From assembly GCA_037443725.1 (NCBI GenBank), contig JBBINU010000004.1:239451-303450 (forward strand): 64,000 nt of DNA, written 5' to 3'. Origin of the DNA: Actinomycetota bacterium (GTDB lineage: Bacteria > Actinomycetota > JBBINU01). A model generated the notes under the pieces. The model had not been told where the DNA came from. It was given only the letters and a program-made list of their open reading frames with translations, and searched no databases. Below, one piece after another: positions 63,271-64,000 of the stretch. A program made the translations under genes and the position numbers. Every line of letters begins with the position of its first letter. The stretch's first letter is position 1.

Positions 63271-63291
63271 GGGACCCGGCAAGGGGGGGCC

Positions 63292-64000
63292 GTGCTGCGG
63301 CTCTTCGACACCCTGACGGGGGAGGTCCGGGAGATCCGGGCTCCGGGAGTGGTGAGGATGTACTCCTGCGGGCCGACAGTGTACCGCCGCGCCCACCTCG
63401 GCAACCTTCGCTCCTTCCTCCTGCCCGACTTGGTGAGGCGTGTTCTGGAGGCCCGGGGGGTGCAGGTGCGGGCAGTGATGAACATCACCGACATCGGCCA
63501 CCTCGCCGACGAGATGTCTGAGACGGGTGAGGACAAGGTCCTGGCCGAGGCCAGGAGGAGGGGTGTGAGCCCATTGGAGCTGGCCGAGGAATTCACTCGC
63601 CTCTTCTTCGAGGACACCCTCGCCCTCGCGATCCTCCCCGCCCACCGCTACCCGAGAGCGAGCGAGCACATTTTCGAGATGATCTCCCTCATCCAGCGCT
63701 TGCTCGAGAGGGGACATGCGTACGTCGCGGGGGGAGCGGTCTTCTACGACGTCACCACCTTCCCAGCCTACGGGAAACTCTCGGGGAACACCCTGGAAAG
63801 GCTCCGCCCAGGCCACAGGAAGGAGGAGGTGGACTCCAGAAAGAGGCACCATTTCGATTTCGTCCTCTGGAAGGACGCGGGGCCGAGGAGGATCCTCTCA
63901 TGGGAGAGCCCGTGGGGAAGGGGCTATCCTGGCTGGCACATCGAATGCTCCGCCATGAGCCTCGCTCATCTCGGGGACGAGATCGAGCTGCACACAGGAG
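63292..64000 (+). CDS. Cysteine--tRNA ligase family protein (CysS or the mycothiol ligase MshC), N-terminal part; the 3' end is outside the window
   Basis: It has a GTG start after AAGGGGGGG. The product reads VLRLFDTLTGEVREIRAPGVVRMYSCGPTVYRRAHLGN (the HIGH-region equivalent)…NITDI…FVLWK…GYPGWHIECSAM. Both CysRS and MshC share these motifs. The frame runs open to the window end and is therefore absent from the ORF track. Confidence 0.8.
   Translation, partial: MLRLFDTLTGEVREIRAPGVVRMYSCGPTVYRRAHLGNLRSFLLPDLVRRVLEARGVQVRAVMNITDIGHLADEMSETGEDKVLAEARRRGVSPLELAEEFTRLFFEDTLALAILPAHRYPRASEHIFEMISLIQRLLERGHAYVAGGAVFYDVTTFPAYGKLSGNTLERLRPGHRKEEVDSRKRHHFDFVLWKDAGPRRILSWESPWGRGYPGWHIECSAMSLAHLGDEIELHTG

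Noticed and set aside
1-64000. A scan for rRNA genes, CRISPR arrays, IS elements/transposases, integrases and additional tRNAs.
   Set aside because: None were seen. Only two tRNA-like T-arm/acceptor signatures (GTTCGAGTCC, GGTTCAAATCC) were found, and both are annotated. There are no arrays of regularly spaced repeats and no terminal inverted repeats flanking transposase-like ORFs.

Overview
This is a 64 kb window from a very GC-rich (~70% GC) bacterial chromosome with tightly packed genes and frequent ATGA/TGATG stop-start overlaps. AGG arginine codons are abundant and GTG/TTG starts are common. The gene content looks Actinobacteria-like or deep-branching: a UPF0182 membrane protein, a two-subunit UvrD-helicase/RecB-nuclease pair, DUF2342, an LCP protein, an FrhB-like protein, and a CysS/MshC-like ligase at the 3' edge.

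Ordinary content, in order along the window:
- the 3' end of a NodU/CmcH-type carbamoyltransferase gene, then an acyl-CoA ligase
- tRNA-Leu(TAA)
- a conserved minus-strand housekeeping operon: obg, proB, proA, a DinB-like gene, a DUF429-like gene, nadD, an LCP gene, rsfS
- a plus-strand block running ferredoxin, tungsten-type aldehyde:ferredoxin oxidoreductase (AOR), FAD oxidoreductase, SDR, RuBisCO-like protein (RLP), saccharopine-dehydrogenase-like, FGGY kinase
- moaA, a family III CoA-transferase, acetoacetyl-CoA synthetase, a moaD-like gene, moeA
- rpmA, rplU, initiator tRNA-Met
- a DUF2342/DUF72/class IV aminotransferase operon
- glcF/glcE-like genes coupled to the helicase-nuclease pair
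- a transporter/stress block: CaCA antiporter, Usp, APC permease, NUDIX
- an amidase
- an FrhB-like / alpha-beta hydrolase / PurM-like operon
- ferredoxin, another hydrolase, and a partial cysS/mshC

No CRISPR array, rRNA, transposase or integrase was seen.

The strongest candidate for an undescribed system is a minus-strand operon at 27.3-36.9 kb. It runs multi-TM sensor histidine kinase (no adjacent response regulator), then a FecR-domain lipoprotein, then two tandem paralogous proteins, then the UPF0182 membrane protein. Each paralog has a coiled-coil N-terminus and a 4-Cys C-terminal domain whose C..C...PPAHPGCRC core resembles the phage head-morphogenesis (Mu F / SPP1 gp7) domain. No other phage genes are nearby.

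Second is the RuBisCO-like-protein gene embedded in a putative catabolic island with an FGGY kinase, two dehydrogenases and an upstream AOR. Smaller curiosities: a helicase-nuclease pair (AdnAB-like) with iron-staple Cys motifs in both nuclease domains; a near-leaderless 36-codon hydrophobic ORF under a perfect TATAAT; a MoaD-like protein ending GG-R; and a 35-nt perfect direct repeat at the 3' end of the aminotransferase gene.

All coordinates derive from the supplied ORF track plus manual reading. Start codons are the least certain element.
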